Positions 26,683 to 39,362 of a stretch of 64,000 nucleotides of DNA are shown piece by piece. The DNA comes from an uncultured Chitinophagales bacterium (GTDB lineage: Bacteria > Bacteroidota > Ignavibacteria > UBA10030 > UBA6906). The stretch is from the NCBI GenBank assembly GCA_964495695.1, contig CAZBWR010000001.1, positions 77,909 through 141,908 of the forward strand. Direction: 5' to 3'. Position 1 is the first letter of the stretch; each line of letters opens with the position of its first letter. Made by a program: the position numbers and the translations under genes. Under the pieces are notes generated by a model. The model searched no databases and was not told the DNA's origin. It saw only the letters and a list, made by a program, of their open reading frames with translations.

Positions 26683-27305
26683 TATTTCTTTGACTTATAA
26701 AATGAAACTGAATGCTCCACTCCCAGTGCCTGCTTGTCCCAATGCTCGAATCGCTCGAGCCAGGAATGTCTGGTAAACACATCATCGTGGGCGGGATTTG
26801 CATATGCAATGCGCAGGCGGGATCTGTCCTTAACATCCGATACAATTTTGTTAAGCACTTCGTCAAGGGTTGTTGCGCCAAAGGGATTGAACAGGAAGAC
26901 CGCCGTGGTACCGGAGTAGTCAAACTCCTGCGCGGGGACATTGTGCACTTCGATCGGCGCCCTGCGTCCCCGCATGTTCCTGGCGTTCGCACGCGCAGCA
27001 TCGCAAAATTCCCCAGACAAATCCACGCCAACTACTTTCTTTACATCATTGAGAGCCGCAAGACACACGACCCGCCCCTTGCCACAACCGATGTCCACAA
27101 CAACATCATCATGCCCCAACTCCAAGCGATCAAGAACCTTGCGGATTGTGGAATAAAACATGGTTGCATAGTGATACGCGTCAGGATGCTGCACCTCCAC
27201 TATGCCCCGCGTTCGGATGCCCAGCCGGAACTCCCACCACAGATTGTTCAACCGCTTATGCAGCGGCAGAGGATCGAGATTCAGGCCTTCAATTGGCGTT
27301 GACAA
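26682..27305 (-). CDS. Class I SAM-dependent methyltransferase
   Basis: Motif I is VVDIGCGKGRVV. TTG start at 27305 with GGGAGA 6 nt upstream. The stop overlaps the VanX start by 1 nt (TAATG). Confidence 0.75.
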   Translation of the reverse strand: MSTPIEGLNLDPLPLHKRLNNLWWEFRLGIRTRGIVEVQHPDAYHYATMFYSTIRKVLDRLELGHDDVVVDIGCGKGRVVCLAALNDVKKVVGVDLSGEFCDAARANARNMRGRRAPIEVHNVPAQEFDYSGTTAVFLFNPFGATTLDEVLNKIVSDVKDRSRLRIAYANPAHDDVFTRHSWLERFEHWDKQALGVEHSVSFYKSKK

Positions 27306-27385
27306 ATTTTATCTCCCGGACTTGTTTGGTCTCCGCCAATATACGCGGGCATTCTTCTTATTCCAAGAACGGATATCACGCGCAG

Positions 27386-27772
27386 TTATTTGGGTTGAAT
27401 CAACGCCGCAACCGCCCCGGCAGGATCTTGAATCACGCAGTAGCGTCCGTAACCGCCCATGTCTTTTACCGGAGTTACCTGTTTGCCTCCGAGCAGTCCG
27501 CATGCCTCAACACTTTTCTCGATATCGGCGACGGTGATGTAGATAAGCCATTGAGGGGGCAGCCCCTGATTCATGCCACGTGCATGGCAAACACCCGCGA
27601 CTGGTTTTTCATCGGAAGAGACCATCGTGTAATCACTATATCCCCCCATATCTACAGGCTGGTGCGTCCAGCCTGCAACGGCAGTATAGAAATCGCGCAC
27701 GCGATCTGCATCCGGAACCGTTAAATCAAACCATCCTACTGACCCGACCGCAGGTTTCGGTTGTTCGCTCAT
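27386..27772 (-). CDS. VOC (glyoxalase/bleomycin resistance/dioxygenase) family protein
   Basis: VGWFDLTVPDADRVRDFYTAVAGW and YCVIQDPAGAVAALIQ are typical paired beta-alpha-beta-beta-beta modules. AAGGTGAG RBS upstream. Confidence 0.85.
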   Translation of the reverse strand: MSEQPKPAVGSVGWFDLTVPDADRVRDFYTAVAGWTHQPVDMGGYSDYTMVSSDEKPVAGVCHARGMNQGLPPQWLIYITVADIEKSVEACGLLGGKQVTPVKDMGGYGRYCVIQDPAGAVAALIQPK

Positions 27773-27813
27773 AAACTCACCTTGATGTTATGTATGGAAT
27801 GGATAAAGCACTA

Positions 27814-29289
27814 TCACTTCTGGAGCAGCATCTTCCGTACTTGAACAAATCCTGCCGCCTCAAGCCGGTAGAAGTAGACGCCGCTCGGCATCCCTTCAGC
27901 ATGGAACACACGTTCATGCAAGCCGGGACTTAGTTCCTCATTCACCAACGTGGAAATCTGTCTGCCAAGTATGTCAAGAACCCTGAGTGTTACAAAAGCT
28001 TCGCGTGGCACTTGGAATCTCATCACAGTCTGCGGATTGAAGGGATTGGGATAATTCTGTTCAAGCTTGAACGAGAGCGGAGGATCATTCTCAGCTACAT
28101 TAGTAAGTAACGGCGTGAACGAGAATGCCCGCTCGGACGGCGTGCTCGTGGTATCGGATGTTCTTGCCGTCACGCGCCAGAAATATCGTCTGTTCGGTTC
28201 AAGCACCAAGGGGACTGTGTGGAATGTATCACGGATACCTCCGGCCAAAAATACAGGCGTCGAAAAAAGTGAATCGGATGCGATTTCAATTGAATAGGAA
28301 ACCGAATCAGCAGGGTTCAACGGAAACGATCTCCGCCACACGAAGGGCTGCAGTACAGGAATCCAGACAGAGCCTGATGGAGAAACGAGTCGGAACGGAG
28401 CAGGCGGCAGACTCCTCACCTGGGCCGAAAAGTTCATACGCGCATCACTTGCCGCCGAATCTCCGAAAGCATACCGCCAATACCCGGGATTCTTTTTTAG
28501 AATGAGTTGAAAAACACTCGTCAAATAGCGTCGGGTGAGAAGCAGTTGCTGAGAGCGTGAGAGCGATCCGTTCGGGTCGGTGAAGTCGAAGATATTCGTA
28601 TCCATGAATCGGGTGTGATTCGCTTGCAGAATCACAGGCAAGGCCTTCACGGCGCGGGCATTCTGGTACATCGGAGTCTGATTGGTGGCGACCGGGGTTA
28701 TGCCGTCACTTCCGCCGCTTATCAAGTACACGACGCCCGCAATCCTGTTCATGACATTGATCGCGGAAGGGTTCGTCTCGGCCGCCGCAAGGGGTGCGAC
28801 GACATCAACGCGAAGGTCACGCGCGGCTGCAAGCAAACTTGCTCCGCCCCCCATCGAATGGCCGCTCAAGCCAACTGCCGATGTATCAATCAAATGGTGG
28901 AAACGGGACGACGGCACCGATGTTTGCTGCCGGATATAGTCAACGCAAAACAGGAGATCCTCTGCGAGTTGATCGTGCTGCGTGTCGGGAAACTGCGGCG
29001 CGATAACCACGAAGCCATGTGTCGCAAGATGTCGGAAGTGCGAGAGATAGTACCCGGTTTGCATGAAGAACCCGTGTCCGAAGGCAATGATCGGGTAGCC
29101 TCCGGCAGGATCGACCGGTGTTTCGCTCCCCTCATTTGTCGCCGGATAGTAGATGCGACAGGAAAGAGAGCGGGTTCCCCGTTGCAATGTTTGTGAAGTC
29201 CAGCCGGCTTGGAATGGCCCGTCATTTTCGGGCTGGGAGAATAAACTTGGCGCACAGATCACCAGAAATACAAGTACGTGCAAGCGCAT
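27814..29289 (-). CDS. Secreted alpha/beta hydrolase (cutinase/PETase/chlorophyllase-like) with T9SS C-terminal sorting domain
   Basis: Signal peptide; YPIIAFGHGF...ATHGFVVIAPQ; nucleophile elbow GHSMGGG; downstream GGSDGITP and QANHTRF. A beta-rich middle domain follows. The C-terminal NYPNPFNP...GVYFYRLEAAGFVQVRKMLLQK is a Por secretion tail. Confidence 0.8.
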   Translation of the reverse strand: MRLHVLVFLVICAPSLFSQPENDGPFQAGWTSQTLQRGTRSLSCRIYYPATNEGSETPVDPAGGYPIIAFGHGFFMQTGYYLSHFRHLATHGFVVIAPQFPDTQHDQLAEDLLFCVDYIRQQTSVPSSRFHHLIDTSAVGLSGHSMGGGASLLAAARDLRVDVVAPLAAAETNPSAINVMNRIAGVVYLISGGSDGITPVATNQTPMYQNARAVKALPVILQANHTRFMDTNIFDFTDPNGSLSRSQQLLLTRRYLTSVFQLILKKNPGYWRYAFGDSAASDARMNFSAQVRSLPPAPFRLVSPSGSVWIPVLQPFVWRRSFPLNPADSVSYSIEIASDSLFSTPVFLAGGIRDTFHTVPLVLEPNRRYFWRVTARTSDTTSTPSERAFSFTPLLTNVAENDPPLSFKLEQNYPNPFNPQTVMRFQVPREAFVTLRVLDILGRQISTLVNEELSPGLHERVFHAEGMPSGVYFYRLEAAGFVQVRKMLLQK

Positions 29290-29420
29290 AACAAGTCTCC
29301 GGAATTAAGAAGGAACCTCCCGCAATATACCAAGCCACCGTGACGGATGAAAGATCGAACCCATTGATTCCTGCGTGAGGGATAGCTAACTTTGCTAGCA
29401 AACGACCTGAAAGGGTAAAA

Positions 29421-29990
29421 GTGCTTCTTGACGACATTCTACCCCGCCATCACTTCAATGAGGTTCATTCCGTAACCATTCGCGCTTCGCCCGAGTGCAT
29501 CTTTCAAGCCTTGCAGAGGCTTACGCTGACTGATCTTCCGCTCTTTCGTCTCTTGTGGCAGCTCAGGGGAATGGGGAAAGCGAAGCCTCTAGCGGAAGAG
29601 CCTGTTCTGCATTGGGCAGTTCGAGCAGGATTTGCTGAACTTGCCATCCAGCCGGAGCGTGAGATAGTACTCGGGAGAATCGGCAAATTCTGGAATCTCC
29701 GCGGCGACGATGCGCCCGCATTGAGAACGCTGGACGAGTTTCTTGCATTCAAAGCCAGCGGGTATGCACGCACAGCCATGAACTTCTACATGCAGCCGGA
29801 GGGCAACTCAACCATATTATCAACTGAAACGCGCGTATTCGTCCCCGACGCAGCCGCCAGGATGAAGTTCCGCAATTATTGGTTTCTCATCCGGCCATGG
29901 AGTGGCGCAATCCGCAAAGAGATTCTCAGGATTGTCAAACGACACGCGGAAACGGAGGTTCGTTCCAAAGTACAAATGTCAACCATGTAA
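29421..29990 (+). CDS. Hypothetical protein, possibly SRPBCC-fold
   Basis: GTG start. Size and alternating secondary-structure pattern resemble SRPBCC/DUF2867-type ligand-binding proteins, but there is no diagnostic motif. Confidence 0.5.
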   Translation: MLLDDILPRHHFNEVHSVTIRASPECIFQALQRLTLTDLPLFRLLWQLRGMGKAKPLAEEPVLHWAVRAGFAELAIQPEREIVLGRIGKFWNLRGDDAPALRTLDEFLAFKASGYARTAMNFYMQPEGNSTILSTETRVFVPDAAARMKFRNYWFLIRPWSGAIRKEILRIVKRHAETEVRSKVQMSTM

Positions 29991-29999
29991 GGTTTTCTC

Positions 30000-30395
30000 A
30001 TGTCCTCACACTTCACAGGTATTATCCCGATATTCCGCGTCAATAATCTCGATGCATCAATCGCATACTATACCAAGACACTTGGGTTCAAGCAGAACTG
30101 GCGGTGGCCGGGATTTGCATCTGTTGGACGGGACAATGCCACGATCTTTCTCTGCGAAGGGGGACAGGGACATCCGGGTGCATGGGTCTCGATTTTCATG
30201 AAGGATGTGATCACGTTGTTCAACGAATACAAGTCCAGCGGTGCGCTTATCGTCGAGCCGCCAATGAACTTCCCGTGGGGACATTGCGAGTTCCTCGTCA
30301 AAGATCCGGATGAGAACATCATTCGCATGAGCGGCGACAAAACCGGACCGGACTCGAAGGGATTCGAACGTACGCTACGTTCCAGGAGAACATAG
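30000..30395 (+). CDS. VOC family protein (bleomycin-resistance/glyoxalase-like)
   Basis: IIPIFRVNNLDASIAYYTKTLGF and WGHCEFLVKDPDENIIRM. Confidence 0.8.
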   Translation: MSSHFTGIIPIFRVNNLDASIAYYTKTLGFKQNWRWPGFASVGRDNATIFLCEGGQGHPGAWVSIFMKDVITLFNEYKSSGALIVEPPMNFPWGHCEFLVKDPDENIIRMSGDKTGPDSKGFERTLRSRRT

Positions 30396-30519
30396 TGGTG
30401 AGTTATTCAAAACGGAAAAAGCTGCCCGGTTGCTCCCTGTCACCATACATGGATGAAATTCGTTGTATCTGATAGGTGTCTGTTATGAGTCCATAACGCA
30501 TGAGAATCCCGGGGGAGCA

Positions 30520-30888
30520 ATGAACGTTATACCGGTCATCAAATGTCGGGACATGAATGTGTCGCTGACTTTCTACACAACAATTCTTGGTTTCGAGCCG
30601 GCACCCGGTGACAAAGCGGGCGATCCGGTAGTTAACATCCATCGTGATGGGGCGTGTTTGCAACTTTCGATCCTGGATGGAGACGGTGCATACGGAAGCG
30701 CTGTCAACATTATTGTTGAAGATGTGGGCTCACTGTTTAACGAGCTTATCGGCAGAGGGCTTGACACATCTGAACGAGCGGACTCGCAGGTTCATTCCGC
30801 TCCCGTGCGTCAGACGTGGGGAACACAAGAGTTTTACGTCACAGATCCTGATGGCAATACATTGAGGTTTGTCCAGCCCGAACGTTGA
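30520..30888 (+). CDS. VOC family protein (bleomycin-resistance/glyoxalase-like), tandem paralogue
   Basis: Start trimmed to the ATG at 30520 (GGGGGAG upstream). VIPVIKCRDMNVSLTFYTTILGFE and WGTQEFYVTDPDGNTLRF. Confidence 0.8.
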   Translation: MNVIPVIKCRDMNVSLTFYTTILGFEPAPGDKAGDPVVNIHRDGACLQLSILDGDGAYGSAVNIIVEDVGSLFNELIGRGLDTSERADSQVHSAPVRQTWGTQEFYVTDPDGNTLRFVQPER

Positions 30889-30898
30889 GATGTTCTAA

Positions 30899-31480
30899 AT
30901 GAAACTCTGCTTCTCTTTCCTCCTGGTCATTCTTTCCTGCAGCTCCGCTGTCGGACAATCCGGCTTCTATTCCAGACTTGCCGACTCGGCGCTCACCTTG
31001 ACGTACCACAAGGTTGTGTATGATGCCCGTTATGTCCGCATTCCCTATCCCGGCGGTGATGTCGCCGCTGATAAAGGAGTCTGTACCGACGTGATTATCC
31101 GCGCATACCGCATGCTCGGCATTGATCTGCAAAAAGAAGTGCATGAAGACATGCGGAGGAACTTTGCGAAGTATCCGGGAATCTGGGGATTGTCACGCCC
31201 TGACAGAAACATTGATCACCGCCGCGTCCCAAACTTGATGAGGTTCTTCTCCCGTCACGGAACGATCCTGTCCGGATCGGCCAATCCCGACGACTATTCG
31301 CCCGGGGATATAGTCTGCTGGAAACTCACGGAGGGAACGACGCACATCGGATTGGTGTCGAATAAACGTTCTGAAGACGGCAGGCGCTTCATGATTGTGC
31401 ATAACATAGGCGCGGGTCAGGTGCTGGAGGATTGTTTGTTCAAATTCACCATAATCGGACACTATCGTTACGCGAAGTAG
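30899..31480 (+). CDS. DUF1287 domain protein, exported
   Basis: Signal peptide MKLCFSFLLVILSCSSAVGQ. DUF1287 core is YDARYVRIPYPGGDVAADKGVCTDVIIRAYR...DIVCW. Confidence 0.8.
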   Translation: MKLCFSFLLVILSCSSAVGQSGFYSRLADSALTLTYHKVVYDARYVRIPYPGGDVAADKGVCTDVIIRAYRMLGIDLQKEVHEDMRRNFAKYPGIWGLSRPDRNIDHRRVPNLMRFFSRHGTILSGSANPDDYSPGDIVCWKLTEGTTHIGLVSNKRSEDGRRFMIVHNIGAGQVLEDCLFKFTIIGHYRYAK

Positions 31481-31488
31481 GAATAGCG

Positions 31489-33474
31489 TCATACCCCATC
31501 AGCAACCTCAACGCGTTTCTCAATGGTGTGCTCACTCAGTCCTCTCAATAACTCCCCTACACTCCACGCCTGTGCAATGCACCCACGGGGCACATTCGGA
31601 GGTTCCGCGTCAAAAATCTCGGAGATCGTCCCGATTCCTGCTTCTGCCAGGTGCGGCCTGACGCCCTGGAGAATCTGTCTGGCCCGGACCAATCCCTTCT
31701 CACCTTCAACCGATACGATTGCGTCTGCCAGCGGGCCAAGCAGCCAGCTCCATACTGTCCCTTGATGATATGCACCGTCACGCTCTACGGGTCCGCCACC
31801 GTATCGGGGACGATACGCGGGATCGAATGGTGAGAGACTTCGCAGACCTTTCGGTGTATAGAGGTGTCTTTCAACCACATCGAGAACACTCGCAGCCCGG
31901 GCTCCTTCGAGCAACGGATACGGCAAGCTGAGAGCAAAAATCTGGTTGGGGCGAATAGCTGCATCCCTGTAATCGCCATCGGCATGGTCATACAAGCAGC
32001 CGGTCGATGGATTCCAGAATGTCGATTCAAACACCTGTTTGACTTCTTCCGCTCTACGCAGGTACACACCAGCCGTTCGCTTGTACAGAAAGTGATCGGA
32101 CAAGGACCCGAATATCATCAGGGCATTGTACCAGAGAGCATTTATCTCCACCGCCTTCCCCTGTCTCGGGGTTACAACCCAATCGCCGACCTTGGCATCC
32201 ATCCAGGTTAATTGCACGCCCGGCTCGCCAGCATACAGAAGGCCATCCGTATCAACATGAATATTATATCGGGTACCACTCTCATGCCGGCCGATAATCT
32301 CGCGAAGGACCAGCAGAAGTTCATCACGGACAAACTCCCCGTCGTCCGTATAGTCAAGGTACTTTTGGACTGCAATGAAGAACCACAGTGTCGCATCGAC
32401 AGTGTTGTATTCGGGCTGCTCTCCCGCATCAGGGAAGCGGTTCGGCAGCATTCCCTCGCTTACGCTGCGGGCAAACGCACGAAGAATCCTTTTTGCATCG
32501 TCAAACCTCCCGGTGACCAGGCAGATGCCCGGCAGGGCGATCATCGTGTCTCGACCCCAATCGCTGAACCAATGATAGCCGGCAATAAGTGTTTTGAGAT
32601 CTTCGCCACGTTTCACAATGAACTGATCGGCGGCAAGGGCAAGCGAATCCGAAAGCTCATCCCGGATTGCAAGCGATTCAAGCAGGCCTGTCCGGCGCGC
32701 AGCTTCTTTGTTGAGGAGGGCAAAGGCATTCCGACCGTCCGGGTTTTCAGTCGAGATGATGACACCGAGCCGGTCTCCTTTCTTCAATCGGACTGAGAAT
32801 ACGCCGTGCGTGAACAGATCTTCCCTGAAATCGAGCCCGCGTTCAAGTTCGATATCATATTCGAAATTTCTATACCAATCCGGATTTGGTTCAAACGTAG
32901 AGCCCGGTACATCTATGAACAACTCCGGTACTCCATCATATGCCTGCACCCGGAACGTGCCGTTGGTGAATACGCCCGTACGATGAATCGCATCATTGGC
33001 GTGCGCGAGGCTGTGGTAATCACGGGGCGCCATGAATGGTTGTAATTGCATGACGAACTGACGCGGCGCTTCAAGGACCTCATACAAAACGAGTGTTGTA
33101 TTTTCGCCGTTCACGGCTGCAACGGTTTTTCGAAGTCTGATTCCTCCTGCCTCAAAAACAAACTCCGGGAATAGCTCTTTTGAGAATGATACGAGGTGCC
33201 TGAATCCTTCGGGATAAATGACCCCGGGATATTTGTTGGCGGAAAGCATGAATCTTGCGCCATCAACGGCGAGTGTTTCGTCCAGCTTCGAGAGCAGCAC
33301 CATCCGTCCCACCGGCGGACGGGTCGCTGCTACGAGCATTCCGTGATAGCGTCGTGAGTGCGCTCCGGAAATCGTTGAACTCGCCCAGCCTCCGAGACCG
33401 TTGGTCTCGAGCCACTCTCGTCCTGCGGCCTGTTCGAAATTCTGTGTAACTGACGCGTCAAATGAGATCGTCAT
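31489..33474 (-). CDS. Glycogen debranching enzyme family protein (GDE_N + amylo-alpha-1,6-glucosidase GDE_C)
   Basis: Start trimmed to the ATG at 33474, which avoids overlap with the upstream gene. Motifs REWLETNGLGGWASSTISGAHSRRYHG and GYHWFSDWGRDTMIALPG, followed by an (alpha/alpha)6 C-terminal region. Confidence 0.85.
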   Translation of the reverse strand: MTISFDASVTQNFEQAAGREWLETNGLGGWASSTISGAHSRRYHGMLVAATRPPVGRMVLLSKLDETLAVDGARFMLSANKYPGVIYPEGFRHLVSFSKELFPEFVFEAGGIRLRKTVAAVNGENTTLVLYEVLEAPRQFVMQLQPFMAPRDYHSLAHANDAIHRTGVFTNGTFRVQAYDGVPELFIDVPGSTFEPNPDWYRNFEYDIELERGLDFREDLFTHGVFSVRLKKGDRLGVIISTENPDGRNAFALLNKEAARRTGLLESLAIRDELSDSLALAADQFIVKRGEDLKTLIAGYHWFSDWGRDTMIALPGICLVTGRFDDAKRILRAFARSVSEGMLPNRFPDAGEQPEYNTVDATLWFFIAVQKYLDYTDDGEFVRDELLLVLREIIGRHESGTRYNIHVDTDGLLYAGEPGVQLTWMDAKVGDWVVTPRQGKAVEINALWYNALMIFGSLSDHFLYKRTAGVYLRRAEEVKQVFESTFWNPSTGCLYDHADGDYRDAAIRPNQIFALSLPYPLLEGARAASVLDVVERHLYTPKGLRSLSPFDPAYRPRYGGGPVERDGAYHQGTVWSWLLGPLADAIVSVEGEKGLVRARQILQGVRPHLAEAGIGTISEIFDAEPPNVPRGCIAQAWSVGELLRGLSEHTIEKRVEVADGV

Positions 33475-33478
33475 CGCA

Positions 33479-34630
33479 TCACACTGCTGCTGTTTCGGCA
33501 ATCTGCGTGCTGTTGCTAAGAGATGCGCTGTCCCCTGCAACTTCGACGAACACCTTTATTACCCCTCTCGCGGTCGTTAGCAAATCCATCATTTCCCTGT
33601 AGTTCTCCAATCCCTTTACGGGATGCGTAAGAAGTTGCTCAGCCCATCCCGGAAATTGTGCCCGGCATTGAGCAAGGTCTTTTACGCCTGCTTCAAAGTA
33701 CTCACGATTGGCATTCACCGTCCCGAACATCACCTTGTTGCCGAGAACAAACTCAAGATTGATCTTGTCTGCGGGGATTTCGACTTTCTTCCCCGCTCCG
33801 GTTATGCTGGCGAGAATCAAGACACCGTTCTTCGCGAGAATCTCGGCGGACTCGAAAACGACTGCCGAGCTTCCAGTCCCCTCGAAAATGATATCGAACG
33901 GACCGTACATCTCCGATGCTTGCTTCAGCGAGACTGACTTTGTGGAGACGTAGCGGGCACCCAGCCCTTCAACAAGCGTGGAGTTCAAAAACGGCGCAGG
34001 CGTCCGTCCGAATGTGACAACGTCGAGGCCGCGCAGCCGGAGGATCATGGTTGCAAGAAGCCCGAGTGTTCCCGATCCCATTACAGCCGCCTTTCCGGGA
34101 CGCCACATCTTCAAGCGTCGCTGGATTTCATACGCTTGAATGATTCCCTTCTCCGCGACGCTCATCGGCTCGGTCAGCACGCCGATGTCCTTGAGCCCCT
34201 CAGGTACTTTCACGATGTACTCCGGATCATCGACATAGTATTCCGTCAGGTACCCGTGTCGAAGATTGATGCCGCGCTCGTAGTAGACATCGTCCGTCGT
34301 CATGTCATATTGCCCAATCGAGTCGTAAAACGAGTTGCCCGGTCTGCGGACCGTAGCGACAACATAATCGCCGGGACTGAAGCCCTTGACATTCGGGCCA
34401 ACTTCTTCAACAATGCCGAACGACTCATGGCCGATCGTGAGATAATCATAGCCGGGCGGGGCTGCGCCGTATTCAGCAGCGTTTATTTCCTTGTCAGTGC
34501 CGTCAACACCCACGCGCAGGATTTTGACGAGTATGCCCCTTCCATTCGGAATGTCGTGGACGGAAGGCTTCGGGACGTCACGAAGGTGGACGGAATCAGG
34601 CTCGCCAGGTAGCACACATATTGCTTTCAT
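33479..34630 (-). CDS. Zinc-type MDR dehydrogenase, archaeal-type glucose 1-dehydrogenase-like
   Basis: ATG at 34630 with GGAG 7 nt upstream. [12 protein letters not shown] zinc site and GSGTLGLLA Rossmann motif. Overall layout resembles the glucose/galactose dehydrogenase MDR subgroup. Confidence 0.7.
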   Translation of the reverse strand: MKAICVLPGEPDSVHLRDVPKPSVHDIPNGRGILVKILRVGVDGTDKEINAAEYGAAPPGYDYLTIGHESFGIVEEVGPNVKGFSPGDYVVATVRRPGNSFYDSIGQYDMTTDDVYYERGINLRHGYLTEYYVDDPEYIVKVPEGLKDIGVLTEPMSVAEKGIIQAYEIQRRLKMWRPGKAAVMGSGTLGLLATMILRLRGLDVVTFGRTPAPFLNSTLVEGLGARYVSTKSVSLKQASEMYGPFDIIFEGTGSSAVVFESAEILAKNGVLILASITGAGKKVEIPADKINLEFVLGNKVMFGTVNANREYFEAGVKDLAQCRAQFPGWAEQLLTHPVKGLENYREMMDLLTTARGVIKVFVEVAGDSASLSNSTQIAETAAV

Positions 34631-34740
34631 AGATTCTCCAATTGTCTTCACTATTCTGCAACGAAGCTACGAAGGATACGTCACACCGAGGTCACGACAA
34701 CGCAACTTCTTTAAAGAGCTGCTGCATCCGAATAACAGAA

Positions 34741-37434
<2,694 letters not shown>

Positions 37435-37469
37435 CCTGTCAGAAAAATCATGCGTTAAATACCCGGCAG

Positions 37470-37919
37470 TTATTTCTTGAGAACACCCGGCCAGTTCTTG
37501 TTCCCCTCTTTGATGTTTCCGGGAACATCCTCCTCCCAAGCCTTCTGTGCCTCTGCATTGGCATTGAGATAGAGCTTGCCATCCACTATTTTCCAGACCA
37601 GAGGGTCTCCTGTCCAGGTGTAATTTCGGGAAACTGCATATGCACAGTACCCCCCGAATGCGGGGGCGTAAGCTTCGGGACCATTCTGAAACGCCACCCG
37701 GTTCTCCTCTTTCGAGAAGTGCCATGTGGCATCCATCCACAGATACGTGAACTTCTCTGACCCCTTCACAGGCTTGGCTTCGGCAAAATATGCCACGGGA
37801 TCGTATCCCCGGATCGCGACGCCGGATTTCGTCAGATCAAACTTCGGCTTTTCCCCCGCAAAAGATACTGCAAACAACACGACGATAACAAGCAAAGCGA
37901 GAACAAACCTGGAACGCAT
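37470..37919 (-). CDS. YHS domain protein, exported
   Basis: Signal peptide [29 protein letters not shown]...FGGYCAYAV pattern of the YHS-domain family (Cys form). GGAG RBS upstream. Confidence 0.75.
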   Translation of the reverse strand: MRSRFVLALLVIVVLFAVSFAGEKPKFDLTKSGVAIRGYDPVAYFAEAKPVKGSEKFTYLWMDATWHFSKEENRVAFQNGPEAYAPAFGGYCAYAVSRNYTWTGDPLVWKIVDGKLYLNANAEAQKAWEEDVPGNIKEGNKNWPGVLKK

Positions 37920-37938
37920 ATGTTACTCCGTTAAGTGA

Positions 37939-38994
37939 TTAGCGCTGAGACTGTTGGTTCGGATTCTGATCGATCAAGAGCATGGGATGCCCGTCAGGAT
38001 CCCTTACAAAGAGCCCTGTTCGAAATCCGTATGAAGCATCCGGCAAAGTCACAGGACCAGGCGAGATAAATCGGGCACGCGCTGTCCGCATCCGGGTCCA
38101 TGCATCGGAAGTACTGCCGACAAGGAGCTTTGTTTGCCAATGGGCAATGTCATTTGCCTGCAAATCTGCCGGAGAGGGGCGACCATCTGACGGGGCTAGA
38201 TATTCCAGAAACTCGATTCCAGGCCCCGTTGTCGCACGCAACCCGCTAATCCGCAGGCGCGCCCCGAACACATTGTTCAAGTGCTCCTGCTCGGTTCCGT
38301 AGTTTTCACTTTCCCCGGCCAAGCGCATTCCAAGAGCATCCCTGTAGAACTCAAGGCTTTCGTCGGTGTTGTTAACCACAATGGCTGTATGATCGATACC
38401 GAGAAACAGCCTTGTGCCACCCTTTTGCCATTTCGGATCTCCTTTTCCTTGGGGGAAGTAGATCACTTCGAGATAATGTCCGTCCGGGTCACGGAAATAG
38501 AACGCCCGGATTCCGGCAGCCCCTGCATTCCAATCCGGAATGCGCTGCGGGGCCGTTGAGGCATGCCTCACGTTGTGTTTACGTAAATGAGTGTACGCCT
38601 TATCCATATCACTCACAACTATTGCAATGTGCTGAAACCAATGATCGTTGCTCCGGGTGTCGGCTGGATAAAGCTTACCTTTCGGGGTGATATACTCCGT
38701 CAGTTCGATGGACTCATCGCCGAGTTTCATGCGGACGATACGCATGCGGGCTCCAAACACTCCCACCAACCGCTCGTACGACTCACCCCATACTTCAACG
38801 TCGTGCACTTTCTCGAATGACAGGACATCCCGGTAGAATTGAACGGAACGATCAATATCCCCCACTGTCATTCCGATTGCGTCCACTGACGTGACGAGAC
38901 CGCTCTGCTGTTGGGCTGTAACTTGAAGCAGGAGAACAAATGCGAGCGTTGTGATTGCAACGAGGCGACCTGCCGGTATCGACTTACGGTTCAT
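37939..38994 (-). CDS. Exported double-VOC (four-module glyoxalase/dioxygenase-fold) protein
   Basis: N-terminal hydrophobic signal. Repeated VOC modules: IGMTVGDIDRSVQFYRDVL, QHIAIVVSDMDKAYTHL, IDHTAIVVNNTDESLEFYRDALG, DPDGHPMLLI. Confidence 0.75.
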   Translation of the reverse strand: MNRKSIPAGRLVAITTLAFVLLLQVTAQQQSGLVTSVDAIGMTVGDIDRSVQFYRDVLSFEKVHDVEVWGESYERLVGVFGARMRIVRMKLGDESIELTEYITPKGKLYPADTRSNDHWFQHIAIVVSDMDKAYTHLRKHNVRHASTAPQRIPDWNAGAAGIRAFYFRDPDGHYLEVIYFPQGKGDPKWQKGGTRLFLGIDHTAIVVNNTDESLEFYRDALGMRLAGESENYGTEQEHLNNVFGARLRISGLRATTGPGIEFLEYLAPSDGRPSPADLQANDIAHWQTKLLVGSTSDAWTRMRTARARFISPGPVTLPDASYGFRTGLFVRDPDGHPMLLIDQNPNQQSQR

Positions 38995-39071
38995 TCCTAG
39001 ACCCTTTCTGTTGATAAGGCGATCCCAAGAAACGGAAGAAACGTCACAAGATTATCATGAAATGATAGTGA

Positions 39072-39362
39072 TCAGGATGAGGATGATGCCTTGTGCAGAT
39101 CAATGAAACGCCGTGCATAGAATCTTGGCCGCGGAACGTGCAGGGCTTCTCGTCGTTCCTCATCAACACTTCTGAGCCGGCGGGCGAGTTCAACTACTGT
39201 CAACTGCACGCCAAGCATTTGATTAAGTGGTTCCAACAAATAGTCTGCATACCACAATGGCCAGTCGGGGTCATCTCCGTTGGTGGATGCAAACGCTTTG
39301 TGATGGGCTTTACCGGCGGCTTGAAACAAGATTTCAAGCCGGGACAGGATGTGTGGAGTCAT
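39072..39362 (-). CDS. Hypothetical small protein
   Basis: Start trimmed to the ATG at 39362, which forms an ATGA overlap with the stop of the zinc-ribbon ORF. Conserved-looking DPDWPLWYADYL segment. No family was recognised. Confidence 0.5.
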   Translation of the reverse strand: MTPHILSRLEILFQAAGKAHHKAFASTNGDDPDWPLWYADYLLEPLNQMLGVQLTVVELARRLRSVDEERREALHVPRPRFYARRFIDLHKASSSS

